DNA from: Myxococcales bacterium
Lineage (GTDB): Bacteria; Myxococcota_A; Polyangia; Polyangiales; DASUME01
Assembly: GCA_047601445.1 (NCBI GenBank)
Contig: JASGJH010000001.1
Coordinates: 3,008,001 to 3,072,000 of the forward strand
Direction: 5' to 3'
Length of the DNA: 64,000 bases
The notes under the pieces are model-generated. The model ran no database searches. It was not told where the DNA came from and saw nothing but the letters and a program-made list of their open reading frames with translations. The position numbers were made by a program, and so were the translations under genes. Position 1 is the first letter of the stretch, and the number at the start of each line of letters is the position of its first letter. Shown in pieces: positions 18,618-28,281 of this stretch.

Positions 18618-19181
18618 TCAGATCTTGCCGACGAGGTCGAGGCCGGGCTTGAGCGTGGCGGCGCCGGGCTTCCACTTGGCAGGGCACACTTCGCTGGGGT
18701 TGGCGGCCACGAACTGGGCAGCCTGCACCTTGCGCACGAGCTCCTCGGCGTTGCGGCCGATGCCGTTGTCGTTGACCTCGGCGATTCTGATCAGACCGTC
18801 GGGGTTCACCACGAACGTGCCGCGGTAGGCGAGGCCCGCCTCTTCGATGTACACGCCGAACGCGCGGGCCAGGTGGCCGGTGGGGTCGGCGAGCATGGGG
18901 TACTTGACCTTCTTGATGGTCTCGGAGGTGTCGTGCCACGCCTTGTGGGTGAAGTGCGTGTCGGTGCTGACCGAGTAAACCTCGACGCCCATGCCCTTGA
19001 GCTGGTCGTACTTGTCCTGGAGGTCACCGAGCTCGGTGGGGCACACGAAGGTGAAGTCGGCGGGGTAGAAGAAGAAGACGGCCCACTTCCCCTTGATGTC
19101 GTTCTGCGTGACGGTCTTGAACTCGTTGTTGACGAACACCTGCGCCTTGAAGTCCACAATCTTCGAATTGATCAGGGTCAT
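18618..19181 (-). CDS. ahpC: Peroxiredoxin AhpC
   Basis: FYPADFTFVCPTEL, EVCPAKW, LDLVGKI; SD AAGGAG 6 nt before ATG 19181. Confidence 0.97.
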   Translation of the reverse strand: MTLINSKIVDFKAQVFVNNEFKTVTQNDIKGKWAVFFFYPADFTFVCPTELGDLQDKYDQLKGMGVEVYSVSTDTHFTHKAWHDTSETIKKVKYPMLADPTGHLARAFGVYIEEAGLAYRGTFVVNPDGLIRIAEVNDNGIGRNAEELVRKVQAAQFVAANPSEVCPAKWKPGAATLKPGLDLVGKI

Positions 19182-19320
19182 TTGCATCTCCTTCGGGGTC
19201 TCTACAAGTTGTCTGGGCGCGCGCGCTGCACGCGCCTAACAGCCGGCCGGGCTGGTATAACAGAAGCTCGCGGCTGAGCCGCTACCCTGCACACCGTACT
19301 CTGGCTGCGAATAGTCACCA

Positions 19321-19357
19321 ATACATCGTTGCTAGCATTTCGATAGGCTGAGACTAT
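19321..19357. promoter_or_regulatory. OxyR-type binding site upstream of ahpCF
   Basis: ATAC-N7-CTAG-N7-ATAG-N7-CTAT versus consensus ATAG-N7-CTAT-N7-ATAG-N7-CTAT (2 mismatches). Confidence 0.7.
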
Positions 19358-19381
19358 CAAATCTTTGCGTGTGAAATTCGC

Positions 19382-19990
19382 ATGTTGCGCTTGTTTTACG
19401 CCCCTAACGCCTGTTCGCTCTCTCCCCACATCGCGCTGCGCGAGGCGGGGCTCGCGTTCGCGCTCGTGCGGGTGGACTTCATGCGCAACAAGCGGCTCCC
19501 GGACGGGCGCTCCCTGGATGAGGTCACACCCAAGGGCTGCGTCCCGGCATTGCTGCTCGAGGACGGCACGCTGCTCACCGAGGGCGTGGCCATCCTGCAG
19601 TACGTGGCCGACCGCGCACCTGAGCGGGCACTGGCCCCGGCCGCAGGCTCGTTCGAGCGCGTGCGACTCGTGGAGTGGCTGAACTTCGTGGCCACCGACA
19701 TCCACAAGGCCACCGCGCCGCTCTACGGGCTCGATACGCCCGAGGTCTACAAGCCCATCGCCGAGCGCAAGGTGGCCGCCAAGCTGGCGTACGTCGCAAA
19801 ACACGTGGAGCAGCGCGAGTTCCTGCTCGAGCACTTCAGCGTGGCCGATTGCTACCTCTTCTATGCCTTGCGCAGCTTTCGCCGGGTTACGAAGCGAGCG
19901 CTCGAGGGGCCCTTGCGAGTTTATGCGGATCGGATCGCGGCACGGCCAGCGGTACGAGCCGCGCTCGAAGCCGAAGGGATCAAATACTAG
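19382..19990 (+). CDS. Glutathione S-transferase (beta class)
   Basis: ACSLSPHIALREAG, PKG.VPAL, LTEGVAILQY, FSVADCY. Confidence 0.93.
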   Translation: MLRLFYAPNACSLSPHIALREAGLAFALVRVDFMRNKRLPDGRSLDEVTPKGCVPALLLEDGTLLTEGVAILQYVADRAPERALAPAAGSFERVRLVEWLNFVATDIHKATAPLYGLDTPEVYKPIAERKVAAKLAYVAKHVEQREFLLEHFSVADCYLFYALRSFRRVTKRALEGPLRVYADRIAARPAVRAALEAEGIKY

Positions 19991-20014
19991 AGCGCGGTGT
20001 CGAGCACGCTCTGT

Positions 20015-20103
20015 CGTACGCGTGCCCGTGCCCGTACGCGATCTGCTCGTTCTACGGTCCTGAGGCAGAATCGTGTACGGGCACGGGCACGGGCACGTTT
20101 ACG
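20015..20103. repeat. Inverted repeat built from CGTGCC hexamers between convergent genes
   Basis: CGTGCCCGTGCCCGTACGCGATCTGC pairs with GCAGAATCGTGTACGGGCACGGGCACG. Confidence 0.75.
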
Positions 20104-20121
20104 GGAGGTTGTCCGTCCCGT

Positions 20122-20604
20122 TCACCCGCAGCACTTCTTGAACTTCTTCCCCGACCCGCAAGGACACGGATCGTTCCGCCCCACCTTGGGCTTGTCGTTG
20201 CGCACCGTGGCACCGCCCACCTTCTGCCCGTTGATGAAGTACCAACGGCCATCGATGCGCCGAAAACGTGAGCGCTCGTGGTGCACATGGTCCACGCCGT
20301 CCATCCCGTAGCGCGCGATGAACTCCACGTAGCCCGTGTCGTCCTCGGGACCGCCCTCTTCGGTCTTCACGATCTCGAGCCCACGCCACTCGGCGCGCTT
20401 GGACCAATCCTCCGTGGACTTACGGTCGGTCTCGGAGCGGGTCTTGGGGTCGTGCGTCTCGAGCAGGTAGTCGATGGCCCCGGTGGCGTAGGCCACGTAG
20501 CGCGAGGCCATCAGCTGGGCTGCGGTCTCGGGGCGCTTCTCGCCGCGGATGAAAGGCTGACAATAGGCCTCGAGGGCGCTCGGATCTTGAAAGGGAATGT
20601 CCAT
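20122..20604 (-). CDS. YchJ family protein with SEC-C motif
   Basis: [41 protein letters not shown]. Confidence 0.92.
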   Translation of the reverse strand: MDIPFQDPSALEAYCQPFIRGEKRPETAAQLMASRYVAYATGAIDYLLETHDPKTRSETDRKSTEDWSKRAEWRGLEIVKTEEGGPEDDTGYVEFIARYGMDGVDHVHHERSRFRRIDGRWYFINGQKVGGATVRNDKPKVGRNDPCPCGSGKKFKKCCG

Positions 20605-20628
20605 CGGATTCGGGCCCAAGTTAGTCGC

Positions 20629-21297
20629 TCACAGGCTGAAGTCGAAGGGCTGTTCGCCGACTTCCGAGAGGGCGTGCTGAATCGCGCTGAAAGGCCGCGC
20701 TCCCAGGAAGCCGCGATACGCCGAAAGCGGGGACGGATGAGCTGCCGTGACCACTCGGTGCTGCGGGCCCGTCACGAGTCGCTTCTTTTGCTCGGCGGGC
20801 TTGCCCCAGAGCACGAACACCACCGGCCTCGCGCGCGCGCTCAGGGCCGAGATGGCAGCGTCGGTCAGGCGTTCCCAGCCGCGCTTTTGATGGGAGAGCG
20901 GCTCGCCCGTGCGCACGCTGAGCAAGGTGTTCAGCAGCAGCATGCCGCGCGTGGCCCAAGCACTCAGGTCGCCCTGGGCGGGAAGCGGCAGTCCGAGGTC
21001 CGCGCCCAGCTCCTTGAAGATGTTCTTGAGCGACGGCGGCGCCGGCACCCCCGCAGGCACCGAGAAGCAGAAGCCGTGGGCCTGACCGACCCCGTGATAG
21101 GGATCTTGCCCCAAGAGCACCACGCGCACGCGCTCGAAGGGCGTGGCGGTGAAGGCCCTGAAGACGTTCTCCTCGGCAGGGAACACCTGGTGCTCACGGC
21201 GCTCCGCGTCCACGAAGCGCTCGAGCTCGGCGAAGCTCGCCGAGCCGAGCTCGGGCGCAAGCGCCGCGCGCCAATCGCTCGGAAGATCCACCAACAT
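20629..21297 (-). CDS. ung: Uracil-DNA glycosylase family 1
   Basis: GQDPYHG, PPSLKNIFKEL, LLLN, HPSPLSA. Confidence 0.96.
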   Translation of the reverse strand: MLVDLPSDWRAALAPELGSASFAELERFVDAERREHQVFPAEENVFRAFTATPFERVRVVLLGQDPYHGVGQAHGFCFSVPAGVPAPPSLKNIFKELGADLGLPLPAQGDLSAWATRGMLLLNTLLSVRTGEPLSHQKRGWERLTDAAISALSARARPVVFVLWGKPAEQKKRLVTGPQHRVVTAAHPSPLSAYRGFLGARPFSAIQHALSEVGEQPFDFSL

Positions 21298-21324
21298 ACG
21301 TCCCCGAAGCCAGGCGGAGGTGGA

Positions 21325-21840
21325 CTACTCGTGCACCGTGACGCTGATCATCTGCACGGGCGTGCGCGGACGATCGCGGCCGTCGGTCGGCGTGGTGCCG
21401 ATCTTGCCGACCACGTCCAGGCCCTTCACCACCTTGGCGAACACGGGATGACGCGACGGGCCGGGCGTGAACCAGTCGAGGTAGGCGTTGTGCACGGTGT
21501 TGATGAAGAACTGACAGGAACCGCTGTTGGGGCGGCCGGTGTTGGCCATCGAGAGCGTGCCGGGCTCGTTCGAGAGCTTGGCGTTCTCGGGGAACTCATC
21601 CTGGATGGTGCCGTGGGGCGAGTTGCCAGTGCCCGCCTTCGCGCTGTTCGCATCCCTGGAGTGCGGGCAGCCGAACTGGATCATGAAGTTGTTGATCACG
21701 CGGTGGAAGTGCAGGCCGTCGTAGAAGCCCTCCTTCGCCAGCTTGATGAAGTTGCCCGCGGTCTGGGGCATCTTGTCGACGAACAACTCGATTTCGACGT
21801 CGCCGAGAGAGGTCTTGAGCGTTGCTGTGGGATTCGCCAT
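21325..21840 (-). CDS. Cyclophilin-type peptidyl-prolyl isomerase
   Basis: [31 protein letters not shown]. Confidence 0.95.
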   Translation of the reverse strand: MANPTATLKTSLGDVEIELFVDKMPQTAGNFIKLAKEGFYDGLHFHRVINNFMIQFGCPHSRDANSAKAGTGNSPHGTIQDEFPENAKLSNEPGTLSMANTGRPNSGSCQFFINTVHNAYLDWFTPGPSRHPVFAKVVKGLDVVGKIGTTPTDGRDRPRTPVQMISVTVHE

Positions 21841-21973
21841 GGGCGGAGTGGTACCAGGTCCCCCACCCCAACGTCCACCGCTCGTGTGCCGCCAGGACGT
21901 CGCTTTGGCTGCCCTAGCCGCCGGTCTGCTCGCTCAACCCCTGTCCCGGCTTGGCGAGGGCGCCTTCGGTTCA

Positions 21974-22055
21974 CGGGGAGGGCACGCGCCCTCCCCGACC
22001 CGCGCGGCAAAGCCGTGCTGGGACCCACCCCGCCGCGAGGTTCGCTGCGCTCACG
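21974..22055 (-). repeat. Solo inverted, diverged copy of the 16534-16980 repeat unit
   Basis: Revcomp CGTGAGCGCAGCGAACCTCGCGGCGGGGTGGGTCCCAGCACGGCTTTGCCGCG...GGGGAGGGCGCGTGCCCTCCCCG aligns over about 80 nt. Confidence 0.9.
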
Positions 22056-22067
22056 AATCGCCGACCA

Positions 22068-23060
22068 TCAAGCGCTGTGCGTCCCACGCGCGAGTTCGCC
22101 TCTCGCAGTGCGGATGCGATGGGCCTCGTGCTCGGCGAACTGTTCGGCACCAAAGCGCTCCTTGGCTCCGTCGCGGAAGCGCCGGTAAGCCGCCTTGGCG
22201 CGCTCGCTGACCGGAGTCCCTGCCTCCAGCGGGAAGAAGTACTCGATGCCGGCGTCGACCCCGCGATTGATGAAGTTGTCGTCTCGATCCACCGGTAGCC
22301 CGACCAGCGCGAGCCCCTGCTGCATGGCGGCCATCTGTTTGCGGCGCGCCCGGTCGATCAGGGTGCGCGGCGCGATCCCAAGCACCGCGAGATCCCCTTC
22401 GATGAACTTCGTCTCCCACAGCGCGTAGGTCAAAAGGCGCACCTGGAACGCCGAAAGCTGCAGCACTTCCAGGCGATTCATCTGGCGCATGAGCTCCGGC
22501 AGATACTGGACGCCGAGCCCCACGTGCCGGGCTTCGTCGCGCTCGTAGTAGGTGAGGAGCTCGCACAGCACGGGCTCCACGCCGCTCTCGCGCACGCCCT
22601 GAAACAGGCTGAGCGCCATCGTCTCCACCATCAGTTGCATGCCGACCAGCTTGTAAGCCAGCTGGTCTGCGTTCAGCACGGTGTCGAGCAGCGCCTGTGG
22701 CGCCGGGTGCAAGCGGGTCGGGGTGTAGCCGAGCTCCCGCAGATAGTCGTACATCGTGTAGAAGTGGCGCGCTTCGTCGTGGGCCTGACTGGTGGCCGCC
22801 ATCTTGGCTTCCAAGGGCTCCAGGCGGTCGGCCAGCTGGGCGGAGATCTTCCAGGCCGCGAGCTCGCCCCACATGATGATGGCGAACACCGTCTTGAGTG
22901 CCTCGCGCTTCTCCGGCGCGAGTCGGATGCCCCCGTGCTCTCGCAGCAGGCTGGCCAGGATGTCCTTTCCGTCCCAGGCCAGGTCCTGCCCGAGATGGTA
23001 GATGCGCTCGCAGCGCACGAAGCGCTTGGCGTCCTCGGCGCTGCGCTCCCAGTCGAACAT
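22068..23060 (-). CDS. Ferritin-like diiron-carboxylate protein
   Basis: Two E...DEARH ligand sets (GELAAW/DEARH, VETMA/DEARH). Start uncertain. Confidence 0.85.
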   Translation of the reverse strand: MFDWERSAEDAKRFVRCERIYHLGQDLAWDGKDILASLLREHGGIRLAPEKREALKTVFAIIMWGELAAWKISAQLADRLEPLEAKMAATSQAHDEARHFYTMYDYLRELGYTPTRLHPAPQALLDTVLNADQLAYKLVGMQLMVETMALSLFQGVRESGVEPVLCELLTYYERDEARHVGLGVQYLPELMRQMNRLEVLQLSAFQVRLLTYALWETKFIEGDLAVLGIAPRTLIDRARRKQMAAMQQGLALVGLPVDRDDNFINRGVDAGIEYFFPLEAGTPVSERAKAAYRRFRDGAKERFGAEQFAEHEAHRIRTARGELARGTHSA

Positions 23061-23305
23061 CCCGTACGGGATTCTGCGTCTTGCCTCCGCCGAACAGCCC
23101 CATCGCCACCTCGCCCCGAATCTACGGCCGAATGGCGCCGCCCGGCAGCCCAATCGCCCGAGCCCCGAAGTCCGGTCCGCGGATGTGGGATCGCAGGTTA
23201 CAGCGCGTGGTGGCACGGCCCTAAAGGAGGCCGGAAATCCCGAGCGGGCCTCGGGGGGTTGCGGCTTGCGGGCAGCCTCCGGCCCCGGCTGCTAGGCTCC
23301 GGCCG

Positions 23306-24481
23306 ATGGCCATGCTCACCGAAGTCGAAGCCCGCATTCGCGCAAACGAACGCATCGACCTGGACCAGGCGCGTTGGCTTTTCGAGCACGCGGAGAGCGC
23401 CGACTTGGCGCGCCTCGCCACCCAAGTGCGCTCGCGCTTCCACGAGGAACACGAGGCCACGTACCTGATCATGGCCATCGTGAACTACACGAACGTGTGC
23501 GTCGCCAAGTGCGACTACTGCTCGTTCTATCGTTTGCCTGGAGCCCCCGATGGCTACCTGCTGAGCTTCGAGCAGGTCTGCGACAAGATCGATCAGTTGC
23601 GAGCCCACGGCGGCTCCCTGGTGGGCTTCAACGGCGGCTTCCATCCGGAGCTGCGCATCCAGGACTACGCCGATATGTTCGGCAAGATCCATGCGCGCTA
23701 CCCGGACCTCGAGTTCTTCGAGATGACCGTCGCGGAGTTCATGTTCGCGTGCAAGGTGAGCAAGCTCCCCTACGCCGAGGGAGCCCGCATCCTGAAGAGC
23801 GTGGGCACGCGCTGGGTCACCGGTGGCGGAGCCGAGGTGCTCGACGAGGCGTTCCGGAAGCGTCACAGCCCCGGCAAATACAAGGTGGCCGACTACTACA
23901 AGGCACAGGCCGCGATCCTCGAAGCGGAGATGGCCAGCACCGCCACCATGGTGATCGGCTTCGGCGAACCGCTCGCAGAGCGCCTCAACCATCTGCGCGG
24001 GCTGCGCGAGTTCCAGGATCGCATGAACGGCGGGCTGGCGAGCTTTCTGTGCTGGACCTACAAGAGCTTCGGCAACGAGCTCGGCGGCCACGAGATCAGC
24101 AATCAGGAGTACCTGCGCTGGCTCGCCGTGTGTCGCCTCTACCTCGACAACTTCGTGCACATCCGCACGAGTGTGCTCACCAAGAACGAAGGTGCGCTCG
24201 AAGGACTGCGCTATGGCGCCAATGACTTCGACCTGCCCACCGAAGACGAAGTCACTCAGAAGGCCGGCGCCCAGGTGAGCCACGCCTTCGCCGACGTGTT
24301 GGCCCACGCTGAAAAGCTCGGCTTCCGGGTAATCCATCGCAAGGGCCTGCCGATGCGCCCGCGCGCAGGGCTCGCCTACGAAGCCACGGGCTTGAGCAAC
24401 GCCGAGGTCCTCTCGCCCAAGCTCGTCGCGCTGCGCCCCGACGTGTCGGCCGACGAGCTGTTGCGCGTCAGGAGCGCATGA
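23306..24481 (+). CDS. Radical SAM protein, MqnC/CofH-like
   Basis: NYTNVCVAKCDYC, GGGAEVL, TATM, LDNF, GAND. Confidence 0.85.
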   Translation: MAMLTEVEARIRANERIDLDQARWLFEHAESADLARLATQVRSRFHEEHEATYLIMAIVNYTNVCVAKCDYCSFYRLPGAPDGYLLSFEQVCDKIDQLRAHGGSLVGFNGGFHPELRIQDYADMFGKIHARYPDLEFFEMTVAEFMFACKVSKLPYAEGARILKSVGTRWVTGGGAEVLDEAFRKRHSPGKYKVADYYKAQAAILEAEMASTATMVIGFGEPLAERLNHLRGLREFQDRMNGGLASFLCWTYKSFGNELGGHEISNQEYLRWLAVCRLYLDNFVHIRTSVLTKNEGALEGLRYGANDFDLPTEDEVTQKAGAQVSHAFADVLAHAEKLGFRVIHRKGLPMRPRAGLAYEATGLSNAEVLSPKLVALRPDVSADELLRVRSA

Positions 24482-25893
24482 CCGGGGCGCTGCTGGCGCT
24501 GCTCGCCTACGTAGCGGCGCAGTTGCTGCTGGGCGTGCTGGTGTCACGCCGCATCAAGACCGAAGACGATTACCTGGTGGCCGGCCGCAGCCTGGGCCCC
24601 GTGATGGCCACCTCCTCCATCTTCGCCACCTGGTTCGGCGCCGAGAGCTGCGTCGGCGCTGCGGGCCAGGTGTTCGAGCACGGGTTGTCCGCGGTGTCGG
24701 CGGATCCCTTCGGCTATGGCCTGTGTCTGTTGCTGTTCGGCGCCTTGTTCGCGTCGCCCTTGTGGGCGCGCAAGCTCACCACGCTGGCCGACCTATTCCG
24801 CGAGCGCTACTCGCCGGGCGTCGAACGGCTGGTGGCTCTGATGCTGATCCCGGGCTCGCTCCTGTGGGCCAGCGCGCAGATTCGCGCCTTCGGCCATGTG
24901 CTGGCCGCGACCGGACACCTCGCGGAGCCCATCGGCATCGCGTTGGCCGCCGTGTTGGCCGTGACGTACACGAGCTTCGGTGGGTTGTTGGCCGATGCCT
25001 ACGCCGATCTCATCCAGGGCGGCGTGCTGATCACGTGCCTGCTGATCCTGCTGGTGGCGGTGGTGCTCGGCACGGGCGGTGTGACTGCCACCTGGACCGC
25101 CGTGACCTCCGTCGGTCCGAACGCGCTGGAGGCCCCCAGGCACGACCTGCTCGCCTCGCTCAACGACTGGGCCATCCCGATCCTCGGCTCGCTGTTCGCG
25201 CAGGAGCTCGTGGCGCGCACGAGCGCATCACGCTCACGCCAGGTGGCTCAACGCTCGGTCCTGTTGGCAGCCGTCGTCTATCTCTTGGTCGGCAGCATCC
25301 CAGTCGTGCTCGGTGCCATCGCCCACACCACGCTGCCGGGCGCGGATCCGGAGCAGGTCCTGGCCACCCTGGCGCAGAAGCACCTGCCGTCGTTCGGCTA
25401 TCTCATCTTCGCGGGCGCGCTGGTGTCCGCCATCCTGTCCACCGTGGACAGCGCGCTGCTGGTGTGCGGCTCGCTGGTGTCCCACAACCTGGCTGGCCTG
25501 GCCATGCGCGACGCAAGTGAGGACCAGAAGGTGTTGCTCGCGCGTGTCAGCGTGGTCGCCTTCAGCGGCGTGGCCTACCTCGTGGCGCGCTCCGCCGAGA
25601 GCGTGCACGGCCTGGTGCAGGAGGCATCGGCTTTCGGTAGTGCCGGAGTCTGCGTGGCGGGCACCCTCGGGCTCTTCTCGCGTCGGGGCGGAGCGCTCTC
25701 GGCCTACGGCGCCCTCGTCGCGGGCACCGTGGCGTGGCTCTACGCGGCCTACGTGGCCGAGCTCGACACGTCCTTCTTGTGCTCGCTCGCGGCCGCCTTC
25801 GCGGCCTACGTCGTGTGTTCGCTGTTCGAGGGCGACGCGCGGCTAGCTGCCGACGACGTCAGGCGGCTCTCGGCAGATCGCGGACCACGTTGA
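24478..25893 (+). CDS. Sodium:solute symporter family protein
   Basis: DYLVAGRSLG, FATWFGAE, GGLLADAYAD, SAILSTVDSALL; ATGA overlap with upstream gene. Confidence 0.92.
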   Translation: MTGALLALLAYVAAQLLLGVLVSRRIKTEDDYLVAGRSLGPVMATSSIFATWFGAESCVGAAGQVFEHGLSAVSADPFGYGLCLLLFGALFASPLWARKLTTLADLFRERYSPGVERLVALMLIPGSLLWASAQIRAFGHVLAATGHLAEPIGIALAAVLAVTYTSFGGLLADAYADLIQGGVLITCLLILLVAVVLGTGGVTATWTAVTSVGPNALEAPRHDLLASLNDWAIPILGSLFAQELVARTSASRSRQVAQRSVLLAAVVYLLVGSIPVVLGAIAHTTLPGADPEQVLATLAQKHLPSFGYLIFAGALVSAILSTVDSALLVCGSLVSHNLAGLAMRDASEDQKVLLARVSVVAFSGVAYLVARSAESVHGLVQEASAFGSAGVCVAGTLGLFSRRGGALSAYGALVAGTVAWLYAAYVAELDTSFLCSLAAAFAAYVVCSLFEGDARLAADDVRRLSADRGPR

Positions 25894-26179
25894 GCCCGGC
25901 CTTCTGCGACCACCACATCAAGCCCACCAGCAGCGCGCGCTTGTCTTCCACGAACGAAGGCTTCTTCCCCTCGAAAGCGTGGCCCACGAACTGAAAGCCC
26001 CAGCCCACGCTGAACATGGCGGCGGCCAGTGGGATGCCGATCAAGGTGGCGGCCACCGGGATGGAGCCGGCGATCAGCGGAATGCCGACGCTGTGACAAA
26101 GCTGATTACGCGGGTCCTGGTGGTCGGCGCGGTACGAGTCCATCAGGCCTTGCCACTCGTGATTAAGCTGGATGTGCAT
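25859..26179 (-). CDS. DUF962/Mpo1-like membrane protein
   Basis: HQDPRNQLCHSVGIP, GWGFQFVGHAFEGKKPSF. Confidence 0.88.
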   Translation of the reverse strand: MHIQLNHEWQGLMDSYRADHQDPRNQLCHSVGIPLIAGSIPVAATLIGIPLAAAMFSVGWGFQFVGHAFEGKKPSFVEDKRALLVGLMWWSQKAGLNVVRDLPRAA

Positions 26180-26318
26180 GCGGTGAACTCCTCGCCTGGA
26201 GTTTCCTGAGGAGCCCTTGCGGCGTCAAGCGCGAGTGCACTTCGAAACCCCTGAATCCGCGCAAGATCTCTCACGATTTTCGCAGAATCCGGTCACTAGA
26301 GTCAGTCACGCCTCCGTC

Positions 26319-28082
26319 TCAGAGCGGCGCGCTCGGCGCGCCCAGCATGGCGTTGCGCACCAGCGGGAGCGGCGGACCGCCGAACGAGAGCAGCTTGTCG
26401 TGGAACTCCCTGTAAGCACTGCGCCCGCCGCGCGAGGCCGTCCAGTCGTCGCGCAGCTGACGGATGATCAACTTGCCGAGGGTGTAGTTGAGATAACCGG
26501 GATCGAAGGTGCCGCGCGCTGCCTGCTGCTTGGCGTTGCCCGGATCCTGGAGTGCCTTCTCGAGGAACAGCCGCTCCGACTCGGCGACGCTCATGTTCTG
26601 TGTGTGAAGGCCAATGGCGCTCATGAATCGCACGTTGCGCAACAGCGCGTTGAGGAGCTGTCCCACGTGCACCTTGGGATCGGCGGACAGCCCCGCCTCC
26701 CACATCAGCTCCTCCGTGTAATGCGCCCACCCCTCCGCGAAGGCGTAGCCCACGAACAAGCGCCCCAGCATGCGCTCGGAACGATTGGCGTGCAGGAACT
26801 GCAAGAAATGCCCGGGCCACACCTCGTGCACCGAGATGAAGAGCAGGTCGGCCACCCCAGGCAGGTAGGCCATGCGTTCCGCCTCCGACCATTTCGGGTC
26901 GGGAGGCGCGATGTAATAGATGGAAGGCTGACCAATGTCGTAGGGGCCGGGGATATCGATGAACGCCTGGTTCCAGCGCTTGTGGGGGGGTGCCTCTTCC
27001 ACCAGCGCCTCTTCCACGCCCGGAATCGTCACGAGCTCGCGCGCCGCCACGAACTGCTTGAGCTGCACGAGCTGCACACGCGCCTCGGCCACGGGACCCG
27101 CGGCCGGCTTGTCCGCGTTCACGATTGCGGCGCAGTCGGCGAGCGACTTGCCGGGAGCCAGGGTCTCGCAGGCGGATTGCAGCGCCTCCAGGTTGCGCTC
27201 GAGATCGTGGTTCCCGATCTCCGCGAGGCGATCGAGGGGCGTATCCACGCGTTCGGTTGCCCACAACATCTCGCGGAACAAGTCCGGGCCCAGCGCGAAG
27301 TCATCACTGGCCCGGGCCTTCTCGACATCCAAATAGGCCAGCGTCTCGCGCAGTGCCGCCACCGCCTCCTGACTCGCCGCGGCCAGCTCCGCCTTTAGCG
27401 CCGTGTCTCCGCTGACCCCGAAGATCTGCTGCACATCCTTGTCGATGTACGAGATCAGCCCGCCGTACACTTCGCTGGCGACCGCCAGATGGGTGCGCGG
27501 CAAGGGCGCCACCAGGTTGTCTCGCATCGCGCGCAGCACACCGGGCACTCCGCGCAGCTGGGCAGCGCACGCCTTCATGCGCCGCTCCAGAGGGGCATAG
27601 TTGCGCGTGACGTACACGCTCGGATCCACGGCGGACGAGTAGAACAACGGGTTGCGCTGGGGATCCTTGGCCCGCGTCAGCCAGAACAGCGCGCCGTCGG
27701 CATTGGCCAGCAGATACTCGCGCTCGAACGCGCGCACGGGGTCCAGCTCTTGGGCCCCGAACGCCAGCGCGCGCGCGCGCTGACTCGTGAGCTGCTCGAC
27801 GGTTTGGCGCAGCCCCGCCTGCGAGAGGTCCGCGAGCTTGCCATCGAAGTCATGCCGCCCCTGCGAGACCGCGAAGCCCGGGTCGCGCTCGAAAGACTGC
27901 TCGATGTACTCCTGCACCAACTCGTCCCAGGCCTGACTCGTGCTCGCGTGCGGCCCCGTCGCCTGCCCAGCCAGCAGGGCCGGCTGGCCCGCCTGACTCG
28001 AACGAGCCGGTCCTCCGCACCCCATGATGCAACCCACGATCGAGCCCAGCCCGACGCTCCACCCCAGCCATCCCGCGCGCAT
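26319..28082 (-). CDS. DUF885 family lipoprotein (putative metallopeptidase fold)
   Basis: HEVWPGHFLQ, FAEGWAHYTE, YTLGKL, FHDKLL; lipobox MGC. Confidence 0.88.
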   Translation of the reverse strand: MRAGWLGWSVGLGSIVGCIMGCGGPARSSQAGQPALLAGQATGPHASTSQAWDELVQEYIEQSFERDPGFAVSQGRHDFDGKLADLSQAGLRQTVEQLTSQRARALAFGAQELDPVRAFEREYLLANADGALFWLTRAKDPQRNPLFYSSAVDPSVYVTRNYAPLERRMKACAAQLRGVPGVLRAMRDNLVAPLPRTHLAVASEVYGGLISYIDKDVQQIFGVSGDTALKAELAAASQEAVAALRETLAYLDVEKARASDDFALGPDLFREMLWATERVDTPLDRLAEIGNHDLERNLEALQSACETLAPGKSLADCAAIVNADKPAAGPVAEARVQLVQLKQFVAARELVTIPGVEEALVEEAPPHKRWNQAFIDIPGPYDIGQPSIYYIAPPDPKWSEAERMAYLPGVADLLFISVHEVWPGHFLQFLHANRSERMLGRLFVGYAFAEGWAHYTEELMWEAGLSADPKVHVGQLLNALLRNVRFMSAIGLHTQNMSVAESERLFLEKALQDPGNAKQQAARGTFDPGYLNYTLGKLIIRQLRDDWTASRGGRSAYREFHDKLLSFGGPPLPLVRNAMLGAPSAPL

Positions 28083-28281
28083 GGGCGGAGCATAGCCGGA
28101 GGCGCCGTCCAAACCCTGCTGAACCACTTGCCAACTTTGTGGGCCTATGCCACTTCACGGCGCGGCCGAATGCCCCTAGGTGTCGGTCGAACAAACGGGT
28201 AGAGCTCGCGGGCCGACCCACCCGCATCGACTTTTGGTGGCGCGCCCATCGCGCTGCCGCACCAGGTACGAGGGAGACGTC

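Noticed and set aside
20278..22188. 636-aa plus-strand ORF and similar long ORFs (e.g. 45591-47333, 49840-51645, 43030-44799, 17229-18575)
   Set aside because: Antisense shadows of well-supported genes, expected in high-GC3 DNA.
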